A stretch of 63,091 nucleotides of DNA, counting the filler, from Platydemus manokwari (lineage: Eukaryota), in the NCBI GenBank assembly GCA_037951405.1. It is 6 parts of 6 records of this genome, joined end to end, with 100 filler letters (N's around TTAATTAATTAA, not from the genome) between each part and the next. Parts side by side here need not be neighbours in the genome. Positions count along the whole stretch, not along the records: positions 9,104 to 18,209 come from JBBMOY011298983.1; positions 18,310 to 29,323 come from JBBMOY010974417.1; 4 more parts are not named here. The stretch is one strand, 5' to 3'. This document shows positions 11,998 through 26,051 of the stretch, in pieces. Each line of letters begins with the position of its first letter. Positions within the stretch are counted from its first letter, which is position 1. Position numbers and translations under genes: made by a program. The notes under the pieces were generated by a model that saw only the letters and a program-made list of their open reading frames with translations, was not told the DNA's origin and did not search any database.

Positions 11998-14900
11998 GCT
12001 AAAATTTATAAAATTAAAACATAAATGATATTAAGGCATAAGTAAAATTAAGTGACATTTAAATCAAATTATAAAGGCATTTTAACCACGATTCTTTTTT
12101 ATAAAACTTAAACACTAACAAAATGACTGAAAATGATATTGATTGATTGTACAAATATTTTCGTACAAGAATAATATAATCCAATAATTCAAAATTTAAA
12201 ATGATTTCTTTACATCTTTATATATCAACTTAAATAAATGGTCGTTATAAATGGAGTTTACAAAATGTATATCTTTTTCGTGTTTAATTAAAATTATAAT
12301 AATAAATTTACCCATGATACTTAATTATAAGACATATTTTTATAGTTCATGTTAGAGGCCCTGAATAACATCACAACAAGTGAGTTTGAGTGATGTTAAA
12401 TTAACTAAACCCAAATTTACCGTTTAGTAAATTAACTAATTGAAATTAAATCTGATAAAGATGAATTGAAAGTACACGAAGACCAGCTATTGGAAATGTA
12501 AATAGTTAGAGCAAAAAAATATTTTATAATAAAAAATAAATGAGTGAGACTTTAATGATAACCAAAGTATTATGGTAAGTTATTTCAAATAGGTTGTATT
12601 AAACAATTGTATAATTATTCAGGAAATCATAAGAAATGCAATGACTATGCTACTGTTAAAGATGTGATATTTTTGGAATCTTTAACTTATCTAGACTCCA
12701 ATAATAAAGGTTGTTGCTGCAATTTAATCTTTATATTATAATATAAATGGATAAGAAAATAATAAAGTAAACGTGGTTAATAAATTTTGAACTCTTAATT
12801 TCTATGGGTGAAATATATGTTCAAAAATTGTGCGTAGAGTGACTAGTGTTCCTCGTTCACACAATGTTTCAATTTATGAGTCATTTCGCTATTTTTAGGA
12901 ACATTCTATTCTTAGTATCATCTAAAGATTTTCGTGTCTATTATGTTTCAGTTGGTATTTTAAATCAACGTACTTATTTTTAGAAACTTTTGTTGTATTT
13001 CCATATTTAAACATGACGTGACTTCTAAATTTAATTTATAGCATCTGTAAAAGTATTATAATTGTTAAAGGGTCATCATCATTTGAATTTTTATTAGTAT
13101 TTGACTTCGAATTTTTTAATTTATATTGTAATTTAAATTTAACCAGTCTGTTGGATTAATATCACGCTTCAACCAACAGAGCGAACTAAAGATGTTTACT
13201 TGTATCAGCATAGCATAACTCCAAAATTGTTCGTTGGTGACAGCTAGATTTATTTTATTTACTCTTTATTTTCTAGAATATTAACAGTTTAAATTTCTAT
13301 TATTTATTTGAATTTATTTCCATGTTTAAATTTAATATTACTTCAAAATTACATTGATTTCACTGAGTGGCATTTTGAGAGTGCCTCATTAGTTATAATT
13401 TTAATTGTTATAATAACTTCATACATCATTCTGTTATTTGTTGAATTTTTGACTTCACAAAATATATCGATTATTTACATATTTGAAAATTACTACTTCA
13501 ATTTAATTCAGATATAATTTGTGCACTTATTACTATGATACATTTTCAATTTTCAATTATGTGTAGTTTATTTATCAAAAGCAGTCTCTGGATCATTGTT
13601 CTTTCCGTCCATCCGTATGGTGAGTCAAACATGAAATAGTATACCATGTAGCCAATGCAACCCACCGGATCTCTTCCATAATGAAAATTTCTGACATCTG
13701 AAAAATTCTACTTGGGGAATCAATATGATCTTAGGTTGTTCGAATCTTCATTATCAAAACTCATAAGGCTAGTTTTGTCCGATATCGGGCTCACCAAATA
13801 ATTATTGCGGTCAAAAAAAATTGAAGATTGCAATTTATATTTCAATGAATAGCACTAATCGCTACTTACCATGCATGACTCTACAACTCAACGAAAACTC
13901 CATAAATCAATAAAAAATTCATAATATTTAACCTCCAACTGGCTGTCTCAACATAAGTCTTTATATTTGAAATTTGTACGTAACTTTTATATCACGATTT
14001 GATCTTTTATTACTCAAATTCCTACTGGAGTTATTGATTTAGGGTACTCGGGATTGATCAATCCTTATGTCTGCGCTACGATGTGGTTGTGTCCATTATT
14101 CAAATTTTTCATTTAAATCAGTTGTGATTGGTTGACTGCTCTATCTGTATGGTTGTGTAGGCATAGAAATACTTAGAGTGTGAGAAAAACGGTTGCAAAA
14201 TTATTTTCTTTTGTGAGATATCATCTCAACAAACGATTACATATGGATAAATTTATGAGAAGAGACGTTTTAATTGGTTATTTAGATATTACCAAATTAC
14301 ATTTATTTTAATTATTAAATATTTATATTCAATAGAGTGAAGATTCTGATGAGTATTATAAATATTACTTTAATAAATATTTTATTATTAATACCACCAT
14401 TTTGTAAGAATTTATGATATTTAATAATGGGCAAATTCAAAATAAAATAATAAATAATTAAAACATTTATATTTCAAATTTTCTATGCATATCATTATAA
14501 ATTGTACATTGCTCGACTGATATTTAAACTAATAACTAAACATCTTGTCCAATTATTTTCAAGTTCGAAGTAAGTTCGAAATAATGGTAAGAGAGATTCT
14601 TAAATGGAAATGTTTTATGACGTACATGTTGATTAGTGATTATGCAATTGTCAGTTGCTACCAAAAAATAAATACCCAAAGAGGGTTTTCCATCATCAGA
14701 AATAAGATGACGTACATTGCAATTGTTATAAATAAACGTTTCTTTATTAGAAATCCGACAAATAAATAACAACATTATTTGACTTTAATCAAAACTCAAC
14801 ACCGAAATATGAAAATTGAATTTAAAAACACTAAAAGAACTTATTGACAAATTTATGTGATTTACAACTGTTTATCGATTTTTCCTTATCATTGAAGCTT

Positions 14901-16071
14901 TTCCAGAAATTTCCTAATGAAATGTATTATAAACTGAGAACAAAAACACGTGAGCTGCATTTCTTATTTTCAATTTTGTGCCTAATCAAGCTCACTGGCA
15001 TACCTAGCTTACTGATTTTGTGTAATTATTTTTCGGAGCATGGTTCTTAGTCGAACTTCCTTTGTCTGGGTTTGTTTACAAATTTAACAGTAATTAATTT
15101 TCTGATCCCTGAGGCTTAACCTTGCATTTCTAAAAATAAAAGCTATCATTGAGAGATACAAAAACATTCCGTTTTCTATGATAAAGTACGTTGTCTCTTG
15201 TCAACTAGCGCTTGGCATCGAACATACCAATTTCCAAAATCTAGCTGCTTCGAAAAAGTAACCAAATTTTAGGGACTTCGCACATAGAAATTATTTCTAA
15301 TCCTATAATCTCGATAAAAATGAAACCATATACATTAAAAAAAAATCACCAATAACAGAAATATAAAGTTAATACAGAGAATTTCTTCACCTTTTATGGG
15401 AAAACATTAAGTTGTCAAGCTTAATGGGGTTAATTATTTTCTAAAATTTTATACATGTTTATATATTTAAGAAAGAAGTTCTGATGACGTAAACGGTTAA
15501 TTTCTAGCAAATACAGGTCACTAAATATCATAACTACTTGTTTCTTCGATGGAAATTATCATTTCCTGTCATATAAATTGCCTAATGTAAATAGTAGAAA
15601 CGGTTGACATTGTAAAATAATCTTTAAAGGAACTCATCGTCTGGCCACCTACAACAGTTTCGCCCGAATAACTACAGTAATTCAAAGTATCGAAAATCCA
15701 ACAGATTAATCAGAGTACTTTTATCAATTTCAAAAACTAGCAAGAAATAAACAATGTCACAAATATTTCATTAATTATCGGACCAATGTAAAATAAATGT
15801 TTTGCAAAAATTCATTTAAAAAAATCGATGAAATCAATACTGTATATATACAAATCATATAAATCATTACAATCAAAAATCAATTATCAATATAACAATC
15901 AAATATATCAAAAATTGATTTTTCGATTAATCAACAATACTGGGCCACAATGTCAAATCAACGTCATAAATTCCTTACAATTGTCATCCAAGAAATCAAT
16001 CAATAAATATTGTAGTTCGGCATAATTTAACGATTTAAATTGTCAATAAAAACAGCAAAAAATTGTCTGAA

Positions 16072-16692
16072 TTAAAACACAAAATACGAAGACAGTGCAA
16101 TTTTTAATTTGGAGGCAGTTGTTAAATGTGATCTAATAATATTTGGAAAAGCTTCGGGATTTCTAAGCCAATCATAAATTATAATTTCATTTTGGGGGAA
16201 AAAATTCAAAAAATGATCTCTGATAACATCATCATCTTCTTTGACAATGTCTTCGGTTTTGATAATAAATATTTTCAAAAATCGAAAACGCCTCAAAACA
16301 TTATAATAATCATCAAGATCGTGATTGATTCTATAATCATCATTCACAATAATCACTACACCATCAATATATGATTTCACGTGACCGAAAAGTTGACAAA
16401 TGGCATCTAATAGTAAATAATCAGTGATATAAAATTCATTTCCTAATTGATTTGTGATTGACAGTCTTTCTTTTTTGATGAAGTCCACTTCATCATTTCT
16501 GTCAGCATATAAAATCAAAATGCCAATTCGACTTCTCGAATTAGATAAACAAATGGCATCATTGAGCTTGAAAAAAAAATGAGCCATCACTCTTGGTTTA
16601 TAATTATCAAAATTGGCGTATCTTCTTAACTCAGGAGCAATTAAGGCATTTCGATAATTTCCGGCTGTCGCACATTGTGAGTCACATCGATT
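16072..16692 (-). CDS. Terminal exon of an unknown protein with a putative divergent TIR/SEFIR-like domain (upstream exons not identified)
   Basis: 206 open codons in very AT-rich DNA; frame stays open upstream of the listed ORF to a ctgataacag acceptor at 16693. Alternating beta/alpha pattern GILILYAD...GVVIIVNDDY...KIFIIK...IIIYDW. Confidence 0.6.
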   Translation of the reverse strand, partial: NRCDSQCATAGNYRNALIAPELRRYANFDNYKPRVMAHFFFKLNDAICLSNSRSRIGILILYADRNDEVDFIKKERLSITNQLGNEFYITDYLLLDAICQLFGHVKSYIDGVVIIVNDDYRINHDLDDYYNVLRRFRFLKIFIIKTEDIVKEDDDVIRDHFLNFFPQNEIIIYDWLRNPEAFPNIIRSHLTTASKLKIALSSYFVF

Positions 16693-18149
16693 CTGTTATC
16701 AGCGAACCAGATTTATAATTAATATCAAATATTATACATTTAATATAATAATAAATATAATGATTTAAAAATATTTCTGTTTGACGTTAATTTGATCGAC
16801 ATTTTATTTCTCCAAAACTGCTAGTGAAGGTTTTGAACAATCTCACAGAGGTAACCAAATCAATGCTAAAATGGGTTATTGTAAACGTGAGGAAAATTCA
16901 ACAATAATTTAATTAAAAGATTTAAATAAATAATTTTAATGATTTAATCATAATTAAAATTTTTTTTTAATTTATATATATATGTGTGTGTGCGCCTGAT
17001 TAAGTTTAGCAATTAAAGCTCTCTGGAAATTTGTTTTAAAAATGATTGATTTGTTACCATTAGTAAATATGTTACGAAAATCGTATAAATGAATTCTTCC
17101 ATTGAATTTTCAATTTTAAGCGAAGTTAGTTATTTTTAATAACAGTAAATACGAAAACAGATCGGTATTAACCGAAAATAGATATCCGCATTCCATCACA
17201 AAATATTCAGATAAATTCATTTACACAATACAATGACAACTCATCATTTCCATTCAATATTATTTATAATTAATAAGTTTTTTCAAAATATCTTATAAAA
17301 ATATTCATTGAAAAAAATAATTGAATCGAAATTTGTTAATATTATTATAGAAATTAATTAGAAATTAAATAGAAATTAATTAAACATAATCAGACCTAAC
17401 ACAAAACTTAAGAGTACTTATTTTTAATGTATCAATATTTCGGGGAATGCATTTATCACAAAATTGGGTTTTGCTTTTATTTGAAAGCAAATATTTATTT
17501 GTTTTGGACCAATTACAAATATGGATTTTATTCTCTTACTGCCTTTAGTTGGTTTCGTGTTCCTCTTTTTGTTGTTTTAACGAAGGCATTGATATCAATG
17601 TTTCTTCTTAAGCTCATTCTTATTTCCTAGTTTTAGAACGTTGTTTTCCAATGCTGTTACATTAATATTAAGCGAGGATTAATTTTTAAATTAACTAACA
17701 ATAATTTTAAATAAAAATTTTTAATTACAATTTAAAATAATTTAATAAATTTTAAAAATTAATATTTTGAAATTTATAATTGGAGTAATTTATATATATC
17801 TGATTAAGATTGATATTGAAAATCACTAGAAATGGAATTATAATTTGTTTAAAAAATTGCATTAAGTGCTGTAATGAAATAAAATGTAAGAAAATCGTAA
17901 TCATGACTTCTTTTGTTGAAACATCAATTGCAAGTGAAGTAGCCGCTATATAAAAGTCGATTGACTTATCACTAATGACAGAACACTGAATTACATCTTT
18001 TCCGATTCTCCATTATCTTTCTTTGGTCAATCAAAAACCACATTCCCAATTTCCTCTGCCCGATAATTATCAGTATTTTTGAATTTTAATATAAAAAATA
18101 AGGTACTATACGGTTATCGCTGTACATATTTTTAATCATTTTTAAATGC

Positions 18150-18151
<2 letters not shown>

Positions 18152-18189
<38 letters not shown>
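18152..18189. repeat. (TA)n microsatellite
   Basis: Direct reading; lies at a contig end. Confidence 0.95.
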
Positions 18190-18192
<3 letters not shown>

Positions 18193-18209
18193 CTTAGGGT
18201 GGAATTAGC

Positions 18210-18309
18210 NNNNNNNNNNNNNNNNNNNNNNNNNNNNNNNNNNNNNNNNNNNNTTAATTAATTAANNNNNNNNNNNNNNNNNNNNNNNNNNNNNNNNNNN
18301 NNNNNNNNN
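18210..18309. other. Artificial contig linker N44-TTAATTAATTAA-N44
   Basis: Same structure as 9004-9103. Confidence 0.97.

Positions 18310-18338
<29 letters not shown>
18310..18338. repeat. (AG)n microsatellite
   Basis: Direct reading; lies at a contig start. Confidence 0.95.
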
Positions 18339-18341
<3 letters not shown>

Positions 18342-19188
18342 GTCCACCGTAATATGTGGACAAAAGCTAAGATGATTTTGAAATGAAGGAAAAAAATAAT
18401 TTGTTAAGCTGAGAATGGGTTGCCACTTGATTATTCTGTCGATTCCGAAAGATTTACCAATAACTAGAGCAGTTGAGGAAATTTAAAGATCCACTCAAAT
18501 TACAATTGAAAATCGATTAATGATCAAAGTTTTTCATGCATTTCTTGCTATATTAAACCCTTAAAAATTTCTAATTCGTTCTGATTATCCGAAATTGAAA
18601 AATATGATTTTCACTGCGTTTATATAATGTTTTTCAACGATTTATCGGCATCGAAATTTATCATTTTTCTTCTATTTCATTAAAACTACATAATAATCAT
18701 AAATCTTTAATCATTAAATTCTCCACGACTTACATCCTGGACAAATGAATAATTAATCGCCATCACCATTGGATAATTTTTGTGAAAATTTGAAATTGAA
18801 TTAAAAATTTTAAAGATTTCATTTTGTATAAATTTTGATTTAATAAAAAATTATATTGATTTGTTTAAATAATTGTATTTGAATACATATTTCGGTGTTG
18901 TGACTTTTCAGTTCGTTTTCAAAGCGTGTTTTATAAAATAGTAACAATTTATTTTCAATCACATTTTGTTTAAATTATTTCATCCATTCATTATTTTAGT
19001 ACAAATTAATTCTAAATGACCTTATAAACTTATAAATTTCACCATTCTAATTAATTAATCATAAAAATAATAATTTTCTAAAAATCAATAAATCTTTTGC
19101 TGACAGTAATTGTTTTAATTCACATCAAATTAAAATTCACAACTTTATAAAAATCACAAATTATATTTGAAAAGGTCATTGGCTAAAT

Positions 19189-20050
19189 CATGGATTTCTG
19201 AAGTACGTGCTACCGCTCCCTGGTGGGCGCTGCAAGGATCCAGAGAGTCGGCGGTGAATACAATCTCATTTGGGGTCGATAATACCGTAAGAATGTAAGA
19301 AAATGATTGTTAAAATTTTTGATGTATCTCGTTTGCTCAAAATGCTTAATTTCCCTTTAAATGCAGCACAATCTCCACAATGGCAAGAAGGATTGATGAA
19401 AACAAGTACCAATGATGAGTTGAAATTTAAATTCAAAAGTGGTTACCAAAACTTCTGGTTACAAAAGGAAATATCTACAGCTTATCCTAAAGTATGAGCT
19501 GTAGTTCAAAAGTTCCTCATTGCATTTCCTTCATTATATCTGGTAGAGCAGGGGTGGCCAACTGGTCGATCTTGAAGTCAATTTTAGTCGATCGCGTAAT
19601 ATGTTATTCAAATGAAAAGTCGATCTTACGTACACAAAACTTGGCCACCTCGGTGGTAGAGCGTGGTTTCAGTGCGGTAGCCAATTTGGTAAACAAAAAC
19701 AGAAACTGCTTGAAGATAGTCAATTGGACTAATTTAAAGTTATTTTTGACGAAAATAGAGCCCACTGTTACAAAATTGAGAGCAACACACCAGGTTCATC
19801 CTTCACATCAACATAATTTCGAGTTTTGTATTAAAATCTATTCGAAGTGCAATAAATATGTTCTTACTTTCAAAATGCATTGTTTGTACCTAATTTATAT
19901 ATGTTTTTAATATATTTAATGAAAAAGATAGTAATATTAAGATTTTACTATAAATTGCTAATAAAAGTTTTTAAAAAATTGGTGTGGGTTAGTTTGGGGG
20001 CGCTAATTAATATTTATTCCGAAACGGGGGTGGTATTTACGAAAAAGATA
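19189..20050 (+). mobile_element. Non-autonomous hAT (Buster/Charlie, SCAND3-like) element retaining the transposase C-terminal dimerization region
   Basis: Translation across one stop and a nested insert: STNDELKFKFKSGYQNFWLQKEISTAYPKV*AVVQKFLIAFPSLYLVE/RGFSAVANLVNKNRNCL...HQVHPSH. GC-rich subterminal motifs (taccgctccctggtgggcgc; gggggcgct...gggggtggta). Ends are approximate. Confidence 0.85.
19549..19653. mobile_element. 105-bp hAT MITE nested inside the hAT element
   Basis: TIRs CAGGGGTGGCCAA / TTGGCCACCTCGG; perfect 8-bp TSD TGGTAGAG at 19541-19548 and 19654-19661. Confidence 0.92.
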
Positions 20051-21239
20051 TTGATTTGAAAATTCTAGAAAAATCAATAAATTATTGTAATTTAAGGAAA
20101 TTTAACAAAGCGAAAAAAATTGTGTAATCACAAAATAATTTTAATTTTTATCCACTTAAAATAATTCATTTTTGAAGAAAATCAAACAAAACACAATTTA
20201 ATGATCGTTTGACATTACAAGGCATGATCATATGTTGGTCATTTCAAGGTTGAATTCACAGTCAAATCAAGATGCCGAACTGTAAGTGTTCGTTTAAAGA
20301 AGAAAGATAGAAAATGATGACGATTGAATAAGTCACAAATATTAAAAACACTAGCACCATTTTATGGTTAAACATTATGTGCTTTTCAATAGTATTGAAA
20401 AATTACCGATAAGAAAGGAGAAAAAAACAATATGTGAACATATCCGGCAATGTTACCATCAGTTATGATAGTTGTATTTTATTAGGTGTTGTGGTCACCT
20501 TTTGTTTGTCTCTTGTTAACAATTATTTTATTTGGCGCTGTAACCACATCAAATGATATTTTATGTAATCTGAAGCAATATAACCAATACAGATGTAGTA
20601 ATTTATGACTTTAGCTAGACAGATTACTATGATTTTTCTGTCATTGACAGTTCTCGAGACGAAAACACTTGAGAGAAGGGGATAACTTGGAAATCACATT
20701 CCGAGCACTGTAGATAGTTATTAAACTTATAATAAGAAAAATAATTAAAATACCTTAATTACAAATTGCTAACGTTTTTGGAGTTAAAATTAAAATGTGG
20801 GAATAATCACCAACTCATTAAAACCAAATTTTGTCATAAATTTTATTGATTGTGCGGTTAGCAGCAATATTATCTATCTTTCTTTTACCAGTTGAGCGAG
20901 TTAGCACTTCTTTGGTTTTGATTTTGATATGGAGTAGGTCAATAACTGTATTACACAAAAGTGTTCTTTTTATTATTTCATCGTGTCTATTATTATTCGT
21001 TCCGTTTATTAATCATCTTTTAATTTATCATAGGGATATTATGATTATCGTTATTTTTTTATTAATATTTCTAATGTCTATTACGGTATTCTTATTCATT
21101 TTCACACCACGAACGCAACTGATCTCTGGAGTCAAATCAATCATTTATCTTCCACACAAATCTAATAATAATCACCAACAAAGTTTTAATAATTTCTTTC
21201 TATTTTTTGCACAATGATAGGCTTAGTATCCAGTCGCAA

Positions 21240-22010
21240 TTGTAACTTCTAACTTTGCAAAAGAGTAATTATCATTTGATTCCAATTCTTCAGAATTCTC
21301 TTTTTATGCTTCTCAAATTAAGAGGATCTTCATAATGCTTTCGTCTAGAAATTGAATATGATGTGATGAATTTAGTAGGAAAAAAATATTTCAATTTTGT
21401 TCATCTAAAAATCTTTTGAGTGAATGGGTTCTTTCTCTATCAATAATAAGATTTTACGTGCTCCAGCATTCATTTTATTGTATAAATTTTTTAAAATAAT
21501 TTTGAAAAATTGTTTGTATCGCCTAAAATTTTCTATTCCAATGATAAGAACATCTAACTTTTCGATGACAGAATATTTGAAACTATGGGATTTCTTTTCC
21601 TTGAGCTATTCGTGTTACTAAAGGCTTTTTTCTCAAAAAATTATTTCCCAAGAGTATAGTCATGCGGCGTTTTAAAAACTACATGTTCTTTTTAATATAG
21701 ATTTCCATAAAAGTTCAGTTTCGTCACAATTATAAACAACTCTATCTTTATATTTTCTAAACTTTTATAACTAGAGACAATCATTTCATCAACAATTTCT
21801 CAAATAATTCTTGTGAACAACTTCATAACCACTGCACAAATGTGATTTTCTTTTCTATTTAATAATCATATTTTATTCCAGAACAGAATCTCCAGATGAG
21901 AGATTTTATTTTGATTAATGAAAGCTTTTATCTTCACCAAATTATTTGAACAACAACTTCATTCTTTAGTTGCTAAATCTTTTCTCTTTATTTTTATATT
22001 TATAATGTTT
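21240..22010 (-). mobile_element. Heavily decayed Tigger/pogo (DDE_1) transposase remnant; boundaries approximate
   Basis: Minus-strand VVYNCDETELLWK (cf. IYNxDETGLFWK) at ~21705-21745, followed by RRMTILLG (cf. RLTVLL); many stops and frameshifts. Confidence 0.45.
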
Positions 22011-25000
22011 CTTGTTCATAATAGAGGGTAAAAATTCTTTAAGATATGCTTGAATTTTAGGAAGCCTAGTGGAACAAACAAGAGGTATCACTATTAAAAT
22101 TTTAACTGCTTTGCAAGCTTTATTAACCTAAGAAATCAACGCTATTTAATACAAGAGATTGTTGACATTGTCGATATCAAAGACAAATTAAATAATATCA
22201 GAAAAATCGATAAAAATAGATAGATAATGTTTCATTTTGTTCTGATTATAAAATGAGTTATGAGCGACCTATTTACTTAAATTCTACATTTGCTTATTCT
22301 CCATATCGAATGACACAAAGTTCAACAATTCGTTTTACAAATTTACAGTGCTTTCAAAATTATTTATTGGCGCTCTACAAACAACTTATAAACAATATAA
22401 TTTATAAAATATATAATTGAACCATTACGAATCAATTTCTGAAGCCCAGCTTTTATGGCATAAGTTGGGAATGAAATCTCGAAAATGCCTTTCTGCATAT
22501 TTGGATTGGAAAAACATTTTAAATTTATTTTGTTTTGAAGTGAAATCATTTATAATTAAATACGATACGGTATTTACGAATACGTCAATCCGTGTCTATT
22601 TGTGTAAACTAATTAGATGTCTGACATTTTTGTCGGTCTGTCTTTATTGTTAAAAGACATCTGAAGATGTAATTCGTTCTGCTAACTTGGATAATCATGG
22701 AGTTATTTTATGTGTGCGTTTAATGCGAATTCAATTATATATAAACACTTCAAAGCTATATAATTTCCTAAAAATTAAATTTCTTAAAGGTTCATTTGAA
22801 GTGATTACAATGATTCTGATTAAAGAAAGAACCAAAAGCAAATTTTTGTAAGTGGAATGTTTGGGTTATAAAAAAAGTCAAGTAAAATTCACAAATGTTT
22901 TGAAAAATAATTATTTTCATCTAATTAAATGTGAGATTTACATGAGGTTATAAAATTAATTTTACTAATTTAATATCTAAAACAAATAACAATGATTGCC
23001 TCGTATGATGAGACTCAGGGAAATATCTCTAAGGCTGACAAATCTAAAAGTACAAGCAATCCAAAAATATAGCCATTTCTAGGTTTTCCTGTTATAAATC
23101 AGAACTTTTATTATTTCTTGATTGAGAGCATTTCAAAGCTTTACTAATTTTAAATAAGTTAAGAAAGCTTGGTAGTGAATTTGCGTTCAACAAACCAATT
23201 ATTAGTATTAGAGTACCAGTCATCATCAAATCCAATACTCAACACTCATATTTAATGTTTTTAATTTGACAGTGTTGCTATTAATGGGTGATCTTGATAA
23301 TTTAAGCTTTTATCACTGTGAATAATCTGCCTATTAACATTCTATGTGCTATTTTTTATGACGATTTTAACGGATAATTTTTGTTGATCATAAATTGTAA
23401 TAGGATTTCATTTCTGTTGCTATTTATTTGTATTTTCATGGGAATTATTTCTATTAATTTTAAAGCCTCAAAGAATTCGATTAATGAAAAAATATTGATA
23501 AAATAGCAAGGCTATGTAAATTTATTGAAAAGATATAAAATGCAAAAATATATTTATGAGCATTTTAAATTGAATTAAAAATTTTAAAGATTTATTTTTT
23601 TATAAAGTTTAATATCATATAAAAAATTTAATATAAACTCAAATTGATTTGTTTAAATAATCGTAATTAAATATAATTTGATGTCATTTACGCTTTATGA
23701 AATAGTAAGCGGCTTACAATATTAATTATGAAAAGATAATTAATCAAATTGTCAAAATGAAAAGATATGGGGCTGATTTTTTTCACGGATAACTTATGTA
23801 AATCAGTCTCTGGATTAGTTCGATTAACCACGATGCAATAAGTCACCTGTATAAATGTTTAATTAATTTTCACCTCGACGCCACACAATAATGTGAAGAT
23901 TATTGGTGCCACGGTAGCAGCTGTTATCAGTCTAAACAAATATTTTTATATTTATTTCAATGATCACTTTGACTTGCACCTTTACATTTTAAAAGTCAAG
24001 TGTTGGATACTTTTATTCTTATCAAAATTAAACTATTTATGTAAGCAACAACAGTACTTCAATAGAGGTAAAGTAGATGAGTGATTATATATATACAACT
24101 GAAGTGTCTATTTACCTGATAAAGATAAAATGTAATAAACACAATGTAGTAACAGAGCTGTACAAATCAATACAATATCGATGTTTACTACAACTTCTAA
24201 GGAAAAGTTATGTTTCGTGAATCCTCTCGTCTCTTTTTGAGTGTGAAATGCTGACTAGGCTTTCAATATATATTAAATATGAGAACTTTTAAATAGGTTT
24301 AAATAACAGAATTTAATTACTTCAACATTCGATTTTATTCTCAAATTCAAAGAGAAATTTGGAATCCTTTTTCGGCAAAAAATTGGCATATAATTCTTCG
24401 TTCACTATAATCTGTTCAACGCTTATGCACTTAATGAATCAACTAGTGGTTTCGTTTAAATATGGCTTCCTTTTTATACATCCTTCGTTAAACAATTTAA
24501 TTCCCTCGATTTTAAACAAACGACTGGAATTAGATTTCATTGGACAGTTTCTGTCATTTATTATCGGTAATATTGGTATTAATTATTTTTATGTAATAAT
24601 TTCGACATATTTATGATTGTGGATTACATTAATGTTTTGGTTGTGGTTTTGATAAATTATATTTTTTTATTTTAGTCTATATTTGGGACTTAATTTAATT
24701 CAATTCCTTCGAAGTTATTTTACATCAAAAAGAGAAATATTATCGATAAATAAATGTCCTTAGAAATATAAATTTACAACAATTCGTAAATTATAACTGA
24801 TATTCACAATATTTTGTAATAGTCTGCGCAAAATCTCAACATAAGTATAACAGAAAATCCGCCGGCTTATTTTGTTATAATATTAATAACTTCTAAGATC
24901 TCGTCGGAACAACCTCATCAAATATCAATGCTTTTTGCCATGTTTTGTTAATTGATTTTTATCATCATTATCATTCTGTAAGATGAGATAAAGCCCCTAT

Positions 25001-26051
25001 TAAATGACACGTTTGTTTAATTGAAGTTCAAATCAATCAAACTAAATATTTCAATGACTAATATTTCCGGTATTCATACTGCTTAGAGAATGGAACACAG
25101 AATATGACCTTTGTAAGGGCTTGGTTATCCTTTAACCGAGTTAAAATTAAAGTTTTAATTCAAACTGAGATTTTGAATTTTGAATAGAAATACGAATATT
25201 CGTTAATGTTTTATTAATGTTCAAGAAGAACATTTTTCAAAATGGTGACTCTGAATAAGCTCAATGTGAAATAGATAAACATTTATTTATTGAATTACTA
25301 TGTCTATATGTCAGTCTACCAGAACAATAATTACAATGAGATTAGTAATTTATGTAAAAGTATTTATTCTCTCTTTATTTAAATACTTTCAGCCTCTTGG
25401 ACTAGAAGGAAATGTGATCTCCAACAATTAATAAAATAGTGGTTAAAATAATTAATAAAATGAAAATAAAGAGCTCAATAGAAATACGAAAAATTGGTAA
25501 AAATAAATATTTAAAAAATTCTTAGTAGCAAAAATAAATTTATAAAGTTGATTAGCAAAAATCATTTCATAAAATAAAATCCAGGCCATTGAAATTAATA
25601 TTTACAAGACCAAACTGTACTTTAAATATTTTCGATTCCGTGTTATGACAGTTGCTGTTCGAACGACATTCATATTTGGTTCGACGTGGTTCATTAATTG
25701 ATCTGATTTTACTTAGGTATCGGATTAGCGACAAGAACAAATAAATTGATTTTATTATGGAAGAAGACTTTCATAAATTATAAGATTTTACTGTTATTAA
25801 ATTCTATATTTTTAAAAATGCTTTATATATAAATGTGTGTATGTGTGTGAGTGAGAGAGAGAGAATTTAAAACAAATCGAGAGTTCGTACAAATTAAGAT
25901 GTTGCACTGAAACTATTATATCATGACAAACTTTATCTTGAAAACCAGGATAAAGCTCATAAGAAATTCTTTAATAAAAAATCTATAAAGATTTTACAAT
26001 AAAATCATCAGTAAAACAAATTCCCTGAAAAGTTTCCAAATCATGGTATTA

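Noticed and set aside
19494-19910. 138-aa ORF as a novel protein
   Set aside because: Chimera of out-of-frame hAT sequence, a nested MITE and the transposase C-terminus
20846-21217. 123-aa hydrophobic ORF as a membrane protein
   Set aside because: Non-ATG start; antisense to A-rich decayed transposon sequence; hydrophobicity is expected from T-rich codons
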